Shown here in pieces: positions 28,194 through 36,175 of a stretch of 43,792 bases of DNA. The notes under the pieces are model-generated. The model searched no databases and had not been told where the DNA came from. It was given only the letters and a program-made list of their open reading frames with translations. Numbering within the stretch: position 1 is the stretch's first letter; each line of letters opens with the position of its first letter. The DNA comes from a virus (Duplodnaviria > Caudoviricetes): IMG/VR virus record IMGVR_UViG_3300032257_000029, positions 1 through 43,792 of that record. One strand, 5' to 3'. Position numbers and translations under genes: made by a program.

Positions 28194-28257
28194 TTATGAT
28201 AATCAATCTCATAAAGACTGAGGCGGATTTTAGCTAATTGATAATGATTATGATAAT
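28194..28257. promoter_or_regulatory. second pair of Fur-box-like sites
   Basis: TGATAAT-C-AATCTCA (28197-28211) and TGATAAT-G-ATTATGA (28239-28253) continuing as GATAAT hexamers. Confidence 0.6.
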
Positions 28258-28891
28258 AGTCAGACCAAATCATTTTAAGGGGCCTAGAAGGGCTTTTTAG
28301 GTATAATCTATGTTATGAATCGCTGAAAGGTTTAAAAGGGCATGAGAGAGCTAATAGGATATGTCAGCACGATTTTAGGCCTTTCAGGTCTTTAACTATG
28401 TTTAATCATGGTTGAGGCCTTCTAGGTACTCTATTTAAATTTAGGCATGAAATAGCTATTAGAGGATTAAGCTAAAAGGTCATAAACGGTCTTTTTCTAA
28501 AAATATAGCATATAGCTCCAGTCCTATACTATTTCAAAACCCCTATTTTTGCACCGAGGAATCGAAGGTGAAACTATATTATAACCTCACCCAACCCAAA
28601 AAATCTGAAAAGCCTAAATTAACATAGCTTAACCAAGCAACTTACTATTACTTAATAGCCAACCCACCTAACAGCCCCAACCATCTATAACCAAACCTAC
28701 CCCGACCTAACCTACATAACACCGCATAACAGAACTGAAACTAATATAATTCGCTATATTCGACCAAAACTCCTACCTAACCTAAAACCAATATAAAAAT
28801 AAACAACTAAAACACCAATTTAAGCTCTTAAGCGAACTTTAAGAAACCGCCCCTAAAACTGTTACCATTCTACTCACTCACCTAAGCTCAT

Positions 28892-28913
28892 TTTAAGGTT
28901 ATTACGCTACACT
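28892..28913 (+). promoter_or_regulatory. candidate promoter
   Basis: TTTAAG-N10-TACACT. Confidence 0.45.
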
Positions 28914-28934
28914 CGCACGCATACATTATATAGG

Positions 28935-28957
28935 CACACCACACCACACCACACCAC
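28935..28957 (+). repeat. (CACAC)x4.6 microsatellite
   Basis: CACACCACACCACACCACACCAC. Confidence 0.9.
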
Positions 28958-28990
28958 CCAACTAAAAGACTTATCACCACTTAATAAACT

Positions 28991-29013
28991 TTTAAGCTTG
29001 TTTCCTCTATAAT
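28991..29013 (+). promoter_or_regulatory. early promoter
   Basis: TTTAAG-N11-TATAAT, then AAGGAG SD. Confidence 0.75.
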
Positions 29014-29041
29014 ATAACTATCAAACGAAGGAGCTAACAAC

Positions 29042-29350
29042 ATGAAAGACACACCGACTCATAATAGATATATAATGATTAAGAGGCATACATTAGTTAA
29101 AGGGGCTATTATATATGGTCAGGAGCTAATAGAGAATGCAGTGTTTGTAGTTACTTCAGATAATTCTGAGTGGACAGATTTTACATTAGCCGAGGAACAT
29201 GCCAAGCACCTGAATACTCCGCTAGCTTATTTACATGAGCAGATTGCAGAGCTAACAGAGACTAATAATAAACTACAGGCCGAGAATAGTTTTCTAAAGC
29301 AAGCACATGCGGAACGTGTGGAAGAGATTGAGCAACTAAGGAATGCTTAA
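29042..29350 (+). CDS. hypothetical early protein with C-terminal coiled coil
   Basis: SD and promoter. Confidence 0.8.
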   Translation: MKDTPTHNRYIMIKRHTLVKGAIIYGQELIENAVFVVTSDNSEWTDFTLAEEHAKHLNTPLAYLHEQIAELTETNNKLQAENSFLKQAHAERVEEIEQLRNA

Positions 29351-29368
29351 GTTATATAATGATATAAT
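29346..29368 (+). promoter_or_regulatory. promoter
   Basis: CTTAAG-N11-TATAAT with extended TGn. Confidence 0.7.
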
Positions 29369-29395
29369 AAACAAATAAAGAGACAAACAATAGTT

Positions 29396-29439
29396 TGATA
29401 AAGCCTTTAAACTATAAGGTTTTATTCAGCCTAGCTGAG
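29396..29439 (+). other. structured RNA element, copy 1
   Basis: ATAAAGCCTT...AAGGTTTTAT stem followed by TCAGC-CTA-GCTGA. Confidence 0.65.
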
Positions 29440-29547
29440 TCGCAGGTGATTCACGGAACGTGGATTACATTAGTCTAGAGTGATTTATATCACCTAAAAG
29501 GCCAAGAGCCAAGAGGCAACACCTCTAACACACTAAAAGGTATAAAC

Positions 29548-30126
29548 ATGTCAGCAATTAAAAAAGCATTTGAAGCAGTACACGCACACTTAGCAGAGAA
29601 TCACCCAACAGTCCTAGAAGACAGCACACTAGTTAAACTAATGACAGCTAAAACAGGTGGTTTTTCAGGTGAAGATTCTTTTGTAACTGTGGATGGTAAT
29701 AAAGTAGCGAGAATCTGTGCATTAACAGGTGCGGTATTTGCTCATGATAACACAGACAAAGAGGTTTCTTATTTCTATAAGAATGGTTCATACGCTATTC
29801 CTGCCGAGGTTATTAAGGCCCAAGCTAAGAAAGCATTTGATACGGACAAGCTACAGGCTCTAGACCTACTAGAAGAAGATATGCTAGAAGGTAACTTAAC
29901 TCCACAAGAGTGGAAAGAAGCTAAGACCGCAGAAGATGCTAAAACATTTGAGTTTACTATCTCTGATGAAGATAAGCAAATGGTTATTGATACATTTGAT
30001 GGCTATCCAAGTAAAGAAGCTTTCTTAGAAGATTACAATGCAGGTAATGTACGTCCATTCTCAGATTTTGCAGATGATATGGATGCTATCCGTACTCGCA
30101 ATGAAGAAGACACAGAAGAGGCATAA
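29548..30126 (+). CDS. acidic hypothetical protein, probably highly expressed
   Basis: 192 aa, own promoter and long leader, flanked by hairpins. Confidence 0.85.
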   Translation: MSAIKKAFEAVHAHLAENHPTVLEDSTLVKLMTAKTGGFSGEDSFVTVDGNKVARICALTGAVFAHDNTDKEVSYFYKNGSYAIPAEVIKAQAKKAFDTDKLQALDLLEEDMLEGNLTPQEWKEAKTAEDAKTFEFTISDEDKQMVIDTFDGYPSKEAFLEDYNAGNVRPFSDFADDMDAIRTRNEEDTEEA

Positions 30127-30159
30127 AAGCCTCCCGTAGGGCTGAAAGGCCTTACATTC

Positions 30160-30207
30160 TAAAGAACCTATAAGGACTACACATACAGAGTCTTTATAGG
30201 TTTTTTA
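30160..30207 (+). other. 19-bp stem-loop (RNase III-like site or terminator)
   Basis: TAAAGAACCTATAAGGACT / AGTCTTTATAGGTTTTTTA with two G-U pairs. Confidence 0.7.
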
Positions 30208-30252
30208 ATAAACAACCATACTAAGCACAATTTACACTAAGGAGCCAAACGA

Positions 30253-30459
30253 ATGACAATACTAACAGGTAATACACAGACTACGTATGCGTTAGACACT
30301 AACCTACTTACTAGGATTGTAGATAATAAACCGCATACTATAGACCTTAAGCGTAACAACTCTATAGAGCAGATAGATAGACTAGCTCATCTAGACAATG
30401 AGACCTTTAAAGGACTAGCACAGACACAGAAGGAGTTAAGGCAATGGAAGAAGCACTAA
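30253..30459 (+). CDS. hypothetical protein
   Basis: AAGGAG SD. Confidence 0.75.
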   Translation: MTILTGNTQTTYALDTNLLTRIVDNKPHTIDLKRNNSIEQIDRLAHLDNETFKGLAQTQKELRQWKKH

Positions 30460-30629
30460 GGCTAGATATAATTAACCACCTGAAAGAGCATAGAGGCCTA
30501 ACTTCTGAACAGGCTCTTAAGTATTGGGAGGCCCACATGGAAGAATATATAGAAGGTGTCTATGAGTATATGAGTATATCATGGATGAAGATAGAGAATG
30601 ATTACCCGATTGAATGGAGTACAAAATGA
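30444..30629 (+). CDS. hypothetical acidic protein
   Basis: AAGGAG SD, overlap. Confidence 0.7.
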   Translation: MEEALRLDIINHLKEHRGLTSEQALKYWEAHMEEYIEGVYEYMSISWMKIENDYPIEWSTK

Positions 30630-30901
30630 AAGCATTACTATTAACCCTAATAGCTACACTAGCCTTACAGGCTCAAACATGCACCGACCACACAAGCGGT
30701 CTTAAAATGACTCTAACCAAACCTACTAAGCATAGTTTAAGGTTGAATCAGATAACATTACACAAGAACTCTAACCACCATAGTTATAAAGGAACCACTT
30801 TAGATGGAGATACTATAATAGCTCTATACTATCCTAAAGATGATATTATCTACTTAGTTATCCCTAAGGCTCCTGTAATTAAAATGGAATGTAAGGACTG
30901 A
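30626..30901 (+). CDS. small secreted/periplasmic protein (likely start MKALLL)
   Basis: Sec signal MKALLLTLIATLALQA, Cys near each end; GGAG SD. Confidence 0.7.
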   Translation: MKALLLTLIATLALQAQTCTDHTSGLKMTLTKPTKHSLRLNQITLHKNSNHHSYKGTTLDGDTIIALYYPKDDIIYLVIPKAPVIKMECKD

Positions 30902-30902
30902 T

Positions 30903-31202
30903 ATGTACTACAAGACAACAAAATACCCAGTTATGGAAGGTGAACCGCACTTAGGAAGTATAACAGAGTGTGAACTAATAGCGGAGCCTATGGAGATTGA
31001 AAGGGCCTTCTATGATGAGTGGGCCTATAAAGGTATGGTTATTCCTTTAATAACTGTGGATGATATTCAATTAGATGCTTTTGATTATTTCAATCACCGC
31101 AGATTACAGACACTAGAGGATATACTAGAGGATGCAAATACAACAGGGGCAGACTATACCCCACAGGATATAGAAAAGGTTATGAATGACTTATCAGACT
31201 GA
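30903..31202 (+). CDS. hypothetical acidic protein
   Basis: AAGGA SD, packed operon. Confidence 0.75.
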   Translation: MYYKTTKYPVMEGEPHLGSITECELIAEPMEIERAFYDEWAYKGMVIPLITVDDIQLDAFDYFNHRRLQTLEDILEDANTTGADYTPQDIEKVMNDLSD

Positions 31203-31428
31203 ATTAGCTTTACATATAGTTATGGAGTATAGGCACTCTATGAGTAAGTTAACAGAGGCACATGCACCACATAGTGATGATGTGTCTTACGGTATGTGTA
31301 AACAGGCCAATATGATATATAAATATAATGAAGATGTATTCATGAAGCTATATAGAGGAATCCCTCACACATTACAGGATGGGAAGAAAACATATAGTAT
31401 ATATACTATTCTAAGGGATATAAGATGA
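31195..31428 (+). CDS. hypothetical protein (ATG of MTYQTE at 31186 in ORF track; start uncertain)
   Basis: Packed operon. Confidence 0.6.
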   Translation, partial: QTELALHIVMEYRHSMSKLTEAHAPHSDDVSYGMCKQANMIYKYNEDVFMKLYRGIPHTLQDGKKTYSIYTILRDIR

Positions 31429-31658
31429 TTAAGGACATATTAGAAGCTATCAGAGAAGCTGACTTAGAAGGGCTGAAGGTAGCTAAGATAGAGGTTAAGC
31501 ACTTAGTGGAATTAGCCAACCATATTGACAGCCTAGACAAGATTAGAAAGCAATTAACTAGAATCATTGAAGTTAACAATGAAGTAGCTAAACAACATGA
31601 GAGGTTAGAGGGTGAGGTCATAGACTTTGCAGAACTAATGAGAAGGGTACAGAGGTGA
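31425..31658 (+). CDS. hypothetical coiled-coil protein
   Basis: ATGA overlap. Confidence 0.7.
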   Translation: MIKDILEAIREADLEGLKVAKIEVKHLVELANHIDSLDKIRKQLTRIIEVNNEVAKQHERLEGEVIDFAELMRRVQR

Positions 31659-31822
31659 TGTATAACATCTTCATGACTATATGCTTCATAGTTATATTCA
31701 TTAGCTTAGGAGCTATTAACAACACATACTTTGATAATGTGTGGGTTGAAGTGTCTCATAACCATGAGATTAAAACACCTTACTTTGAGAGTAAGAATGG
31801 ATTAATAAAGGATTTGAAATGA
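31658..31822 (+). CDS. 54-aa membrane-anchored protein (MYNIFMTICFIVIFISLGAI...), not in ORF track
   Basis: TGATG and ATGA overlaps on both sides; N-terminal TM. Confidence 0.7.
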   Translation: MYNIFMTICFIVIFISLGAINNTYFDNVWVEVSHNHEIKTPYFESKNGLIKDLK

Positions 31823-32052
31823 TTAATAGAGAAGAAGCACTAAAATCAGCTTTAAGTATATTTCCATACCCTTCACCATCATACAAGATAGAAGATTTTG
31901 TAAATACAATTTACGACTCTATAGGCTCATGTGGTGAGTGTGAGCATAAATCAAACACTAGAGAAAGATTCTGTGTAAATATAGGCAGTTCAGTACCTGA
32001 CAATTTCTTCTGTGCAGACTTTGAAAGGAAACAATATGAAGTACATACTTAA
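31819..32052 (+). CDS. hypothetical Cys-motif protein
   Basis: CGECEH...FC...FFCADFERK. Confidence 0.7.
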   Translation: MINREEALKSALSIFPYPSPSYKIEDFVNTIYDSIGSCGECEHKSNTRERFCVNIGSSVPDNFFCADFERKQYEVHT

Positions 32053-32064
32053 GGAGATAGAGAA

Positions 32065-32319
32065 ATGAAGACCATAACAAGAACCAAAATGATAGAGCTA
32101 CTAGGGGAATCTGTAGGCTCTAGTTTACATGGGATGTGCTGTCAGAGGTCTATTCCATTTAGGGATGAGAGGATAGGAGATACCTTCCGATTATCTAGAG
32201 CCTATAAGATTTCATCTATTCTAAAGTGGATGGAGAAGATACCACCTAAGAAAGGGCCTACTAAGGCTATATGGCAGAGAAATAAAGAAATTATAAGAGA
32301 GGTACTAGAAAATGAATAA
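32065..32319 (+). CDS. hypothetical basic protein
   Basis: AAGGAG SD. Confidence 0.7.
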   Translation: MKTITRTKMIELLGESVGSSLHGMCCQRSIPFRDERIGDTFRLSRAYKISSILKWMEKIPPKKGPTKAIWQRNKEIIREVLENE

Positions 32320-33172
32320 GATATTACTAATAGCAATAACTATACTAATACTAGGTTGTGGAGATAATGATATTAACTATGGGGTTTATACAGATGATAT
32401 AGCCACAGGTACAGTAAGAGACTATAATACTACTAACTCTAGTAATAGAGTAAATGTATTAATAACTATAGGACAGTCTAACTCGGTAGGTGTATTAGGT
32501 GATAGAAACATTACTACATCTAATGTATATGTACCTAATGAAAATGCTATAGACTACCCAAGTACTATTACATTTAGTGAGGTAACTAATAATAATATAA
32601 ACAGGAGAGGATATGGAGGAGCTACAAATATAGCTACTAAATATGCTGAAATGTATAATGACACTGTTCCACTATATATAATACATATAGCTATAGGTGG
32701 TACAGGAGTAGACTTTTATTCTAACAATAATCTATGGAGTTTTAATAGAGCTGATACAGACGGGAATAGTTTACACCCTCAGTTAATACATTATATGGAG
32801 ACTGTAATAACTACATTACAAGATGAAGGTAGAGAGCCTTATGTTATTGGATTAGACTATAATCAATGGGAGAGTGAAGCAGAAGATACAGTATATGGTC
32901 ATTATCAAACATATTCTACACTATTTGATACTATAGAGACTGTAATACCTAATGATGATTACAAGTTATTTATATGTTATCCTACAGCTACAAGATGGGG
33001 TAATACAGAGACAATGCAGGACACATTCTTATTTATTCAAGAGACTAGAGATAATGTATATATCTATAGGCCTTTAGAGCTAGGAGTGACTAATATATGG
33101 TTTAATGATGGGCACTATAATGAAGCAACTTATCAAGCTATGGCAGAATATATAGGAGAAAGGATTAACTAA
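32312..33172 (+). CDS. lipoprotein with SASA/NanS-type (SGNH) carbohydrate acetylesterase domain
   Basis: Lipobox ILGC; GQSN block I, AIGGT block II, NQWES (QGES variant) block III, NDGHY catalytic His. Confidence 0.8.
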   Translation: MNKILLIAITILILGCGDNDINYGVYTDDIATGTVRDYNTTNSSNRVNVLITIGQSNSVGVLGDRNITTSNVYVPNENAIDYPSTITFSEVTNNNINRRGYGGATNIATKYAEMYNDTVPLYIIHIAIGGTGVDFYSNNNLWSFNRADTDGNSLHPQLIHYMETVITTLQDEGREPYVIGLDYNQWESEAEDTVYGHYQTYSTLFDTIETVIPNDDYKLFICYPTATRWGNTETMQDTFLFIQETRDNVYIYRPLELGVTNIWFNDGHYNEATYQAMAEYIGERIN

Positions 33173-33402
33173 TGAAAGCTAAAAGATTATATGGAGTGGA
33201 TGCAAACTTCAAACCGTTAAGAGACCTAGGAGCTATTCAGGTATATATGAGACACAAAGTAATGCTTCAGGAACGTAAAGACGAATTAGAAGCTAAAGGT
33301 ATTACAACCCATAATGAGCAATCTGTATGGGAAGAATTAGACAAAGCTATTAGGGTTTGGCAAGAGATAGCTGATATGGTATATGGGATAGAACATGAGT
33401 AA
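33172..33402 (+). CDS. hypothetical protein
   Basis: TAATG overlap, AAGGA SD. Confidence 0.7.
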   Translation: MKAKRLYGVDANFKPLRDLGAIQVYMRHKVMLQERKDELEAKGITTHNEQSVWEELDKAIRVWQEIADMVYGIEHE

Positions 33403-33649
33403 ATGGACTAGACCTAAAACCTGTAGAGCCTGTGGTGAATCATATCCTAGAGAAGCTGTGGACCTCTTCTTTGATAGAAGGGCCTCAGGAATCCTAGTTT
33501 CTCATTGTAATAAAAAGGGCTGTAAAGAAAAGTATCATAAAACAATGAATAGCCAACGTAATACGATTAGAGGACGTAAAGGGCCTAATCAAGAGGTATT
33601 AGCTAGAGTACGTGCATGGTTTACTGCATGGAATAAAGGAGAAGTGTAA
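33395..33649 (+). CDS. zinc-finger-like basic protein
   Basis: CRACG...HCNKKGC. Confidence 0.7.
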   Translation: MSKWTRPKTCRACGESYPREAVDLFFDRRASGILVSHCNKKGCKEKYHKTMNSQRNTIRGRKGPNQEVLARVRAWFTAWNKGEV

Positions 33650-33669
33650 ATTTCTCATCTTATCGTATC

Positions 33670-33703
33670 ACTAAGAATTCACTAAGAATTTTTACGATAT
33701 AAT
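33670..33703 (+). promoter_or_regulatory. promoter of replication operon
   Basis: CACTAAGAATT twice (11-nt period), CTAAG-N11-TATAAT. Confidence 0.65.
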
Positions 33704-33723
33704 AACACTTAATAAGGATAAAA

Positions 33724-33903
33724 ATGACTTTTGAGCAACTAACAAAGATAGACCATAAAGAGGACCCTTCAGCTATTATAGCTAATGGAAGAGTCGTATT
33801 ATTAGAGGTAGCTCTAACTAATAAGCAAACTGTAGCTAAGAAATTAGGTATTAGTGCTACTGAATTTAGTGTATTATTTAAAGTGATTAAACATGCTGAG
33901 TAA
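33724..33903 (+). CDS. 59-aa HTH-like protein, not in ORF track
   Basis: NKQTVAKKLGISATEFSVLF; AAGGA SD; overlaps primase start. Confidence 0.7.
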   Translation: MTFEQLTKIDHKEDPSAIIANGRVVLLEVALTNKQTVAKKLGISATEFSVLFKVIKHAE

Positions 33904-36175
33904 TATACAGCCTTTCATTGACCTAGACCTATACACAGTACCTCTTAATGGCTCTAAAATACAGAGGGATGAGAAAGGTAAGAAATATGGTTTTTCTTTT
34001 CCTTCAGATTGGCAAGCTACACACCAAGCTACACAGAATACTACAGCTACTTCTATTGGTGGACTATTAACAGGTGTAGACCAAGTAGTAGCTATAGATT
34101 GTGATGATACTGTAACGTATAACATGTTTAGACAACTAGACCCTACCTATACAGCAGTATTCCATTCTATAGGTAAATTAGATAAGAACCTAGAGCCAAT
34201 AGAATCAGGTACTATTCTATATAAGTGGGAGGAAGACCTACCCGCTTCTTTTAGAATGACTAATTCTGATAGAGACCTAGACTACTATAATGGTACAGGA
34301 CTGGTATTCCTTCCTACAGAGGCTAATGAAACTAAGATGCCTTGGTGTACTATAGATGATGTTTTATGTAATCACCTAGAGCAACCTGTAGAGCTTAAGA
34401 CTATGCCTAGTGAAGTAAAGGCACTATTACATATTCTAAATGCACCTAGAGAAGAGAAGACTGATAGAGTAGCAGACTTTACTAGTAATACAGGGTTTTT
34501 AGCTCCTATACTAGAGAACTGTGATTATATGGATTATGACCCATTAGTTACTAAGTTATTAACACCTAAAGATTATAGAAATAATAAGTATCAACAACAG
34601 GGGCATTTACATCCTAATGATATACAAGGCTCAGGCCATATTTATCTATTTAAGATAGCTTGTATTCTTGCAGGTGATTATACAGTTAATAAAGACCTAA
34701 TGATTGAAACTGTAGAGTATATTAATGAGTTATGGGAAGACCCTATATCAAATAAGAAATTACATAAAACTATATTAGACCCTATTGCTTCAGGCAAACA
34801 GACAAACTCTAAAGGAGAGCCTTATTTTAGTTATGACCCTGATTGGGAGAACCTAAGAGGCCTAACTAATGTATCTAAACGTAACCACCTAATAGAGGTA
34901 TTCTATGATGATATAAAGATGAGACATTACTTCTATAATACAACAGAAGATACTATGAGTTTTACTACTAAGCAGTCGGACACTACAGCTAAATGTAAGA
35001 ACCTCTTTAAAGGGTTTAAACCTATAGAACTAGATGAATGTAAGATTATTAGAACTACATCAGCACCAACAGAGAACTATGGTCATATAGAAGATGAACA
35101 CTTTAACTTATTCAAACGGTCTTATGCCTTAGAGGTTCTTCAGAATCCTGAAATACATGAGACAGAGTATAAAAGACCTACAGAGTTTATAGCATATATG
35201 GAGCATTTTATACCTAGTGAGCAACAGAGAGAGTACTTCCTGAGACTCATTAGAACTAAACTAACTACCTTTAACTACTCTCCTGTAGTACCCTATATAG
35301 TAGGTGTGCAAGGGTCAGGAAAAAATACTATTATGACAGTATTAGGTAACATGATAGGTAAGCAATATGTGAAAACAGATGTTTCAGGGTCTCAATTTCT
35401 AGAGAAGTATAACGATTGGTTAATGGATACCTATTTTGTACAACTTAATGAGCTAAGTGATACGGTCAATACTAAAGGTGAGAAGTCTCAGGCACAAGGT
35501 ATACTAAAGAACTATACAGGGTCTAAAGACTTTGAAGTACGTAGAATGGGTACTAATTACTTTACATATCCACAGACAGCTATGTTTCTTATGACAGCCA
35601 ATAGGAATCCACTGACTGTACCTGATGATGATAGACGTTTATACTATATAGGTACACCTAATACCTTTGACTACTCTCCACAGTGTGTGGCTTCTAGTCC
35701 TGTAAGAGTATATGAAGCTATTATGAATCAAACGGTTGATATAGCCTATTGGTTAGCTACAGAGTTTAAGAACCTCTCAGACCTAGATTATATGAGGGCA
35801 CCTGACAATGATGGAAAAGCTAGAATTATATTTGAGACCCTTCCTACTTCAGGTAGAATAGGATGGGCACTTAAGAATAAAGAGTTTGATATTCTTATAG
35901 AGGATATGTTAATGGATACTCCTAATCCTTATAAACTATTTGATAATGCTGATGAAGGTAGAGTAACACTAGAGAGTCTAATGGATGTATATACATATAT
36001 ACAACCTGACTCTACAGATGCTGAGAAGATTATGAAGCATACTATGAAAGCTCATGGCTTTACAGTAAAGTTTACCACAGGTAATGCAATCTATTATGAA
36101 GTAGATGGTATTGAGTCTATAGATATAGGTGATATACATGCAGAGGAAATTGAATTAGAGGAGGTAAGAACATGA
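33893..36175 (+). CDS. primase-polymerase fused to SF3 (D5-like) helicase
   Basis: N-terminal GLLTG...VAIDCD (prim-pol); Walker A GVQGSGKN, FVQLNE, MTAN, DDRR. Confidence 0.85.
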   Translation: MLSNIQPFIDLDLYTVPLNGSKIQRDEKGKKYGFSFPSDWQATHQATQNTTATSIGGLLTGVDQVVAIDCDDTVTYNMFRQLDPTYTAVFHSIGKLDKNLEPIESGTILYKWEEDLPASFRMTNSDRDLDYYNGTGLVFLPTEANETKMPWCTIDDVLCNHLEQPVELKTMPSEVKALLHILNAPREEKTDRVADFTSNTGFLAPILENCDYMDYDPLVTKLLTPKDYRNNKYQQQGHLHPNDIQGSGHIYLFKIACILAGDYTVNKDLMIETVEYINELWEDPISNKKLHKTILDPIASGKQTNSKGEPYFSYDPDWENLRGLTNVSKRNHLIEVFYDDIKMRHYFYNTTEDTMSFTTKQSDTTAKCKNLFKGFKPIELDECKIIRTTSAPTENYGHIEDEHFNLFKRSYALEVLQNPEIHETEYKRPTEFIAYMEHFIPSEQQREYFLRLIRTKLTTFNYSPVVPYIVGVQGSGKNTIMTVLGNMIGKQYVKTDVSGSQFLEKYNDWLMDTYFVQLNELSDTVNTKGEKSQAQGILKNYTGSKDFEVRRMGTNYFTYPQTAMFLMTANRNPLTVPDDDRRLYYIGTPNTFDYSPQCVASSPVRVYEAIMNQTVDIAYWLATEFKNLSDLDYMRAPDNDGKARIIFETLPTSGRIGWALKNKEFDILIEDMLMDTPNPYKLFDNADEGRVTLESLMDVYTYIQPDSTDAEKIMKHTMKAHGFTVKFTTGNAIYYEVDGIESIDIGDIHAEEIELEEVRT

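Larger units (their letters stand above)
28570..28990 (+). other. non-coding A/C-rich, G-depleted tract
   Basis: Runs such as CCAACCCAAA, ACCTAACCTA; very few G on plus strand; no ORF. Confidence 0.85.

Noticed and set aside
28342-28395. 17-aa ORF MRELIGYVSTILGLSGL after TATAAT at 28302
   Set aside because: Too short, weak SD, no supporting evidence
28570-28990. Possible CRISPR array or mini-array
   Set aside because: No constant 25-40 bp repeat with regular unique spacers
29370-29547. tRNA or known riboswitch
   Set aside because: No T-loop GTTCRA, cloverleaf or recognisable riboswitch consensus
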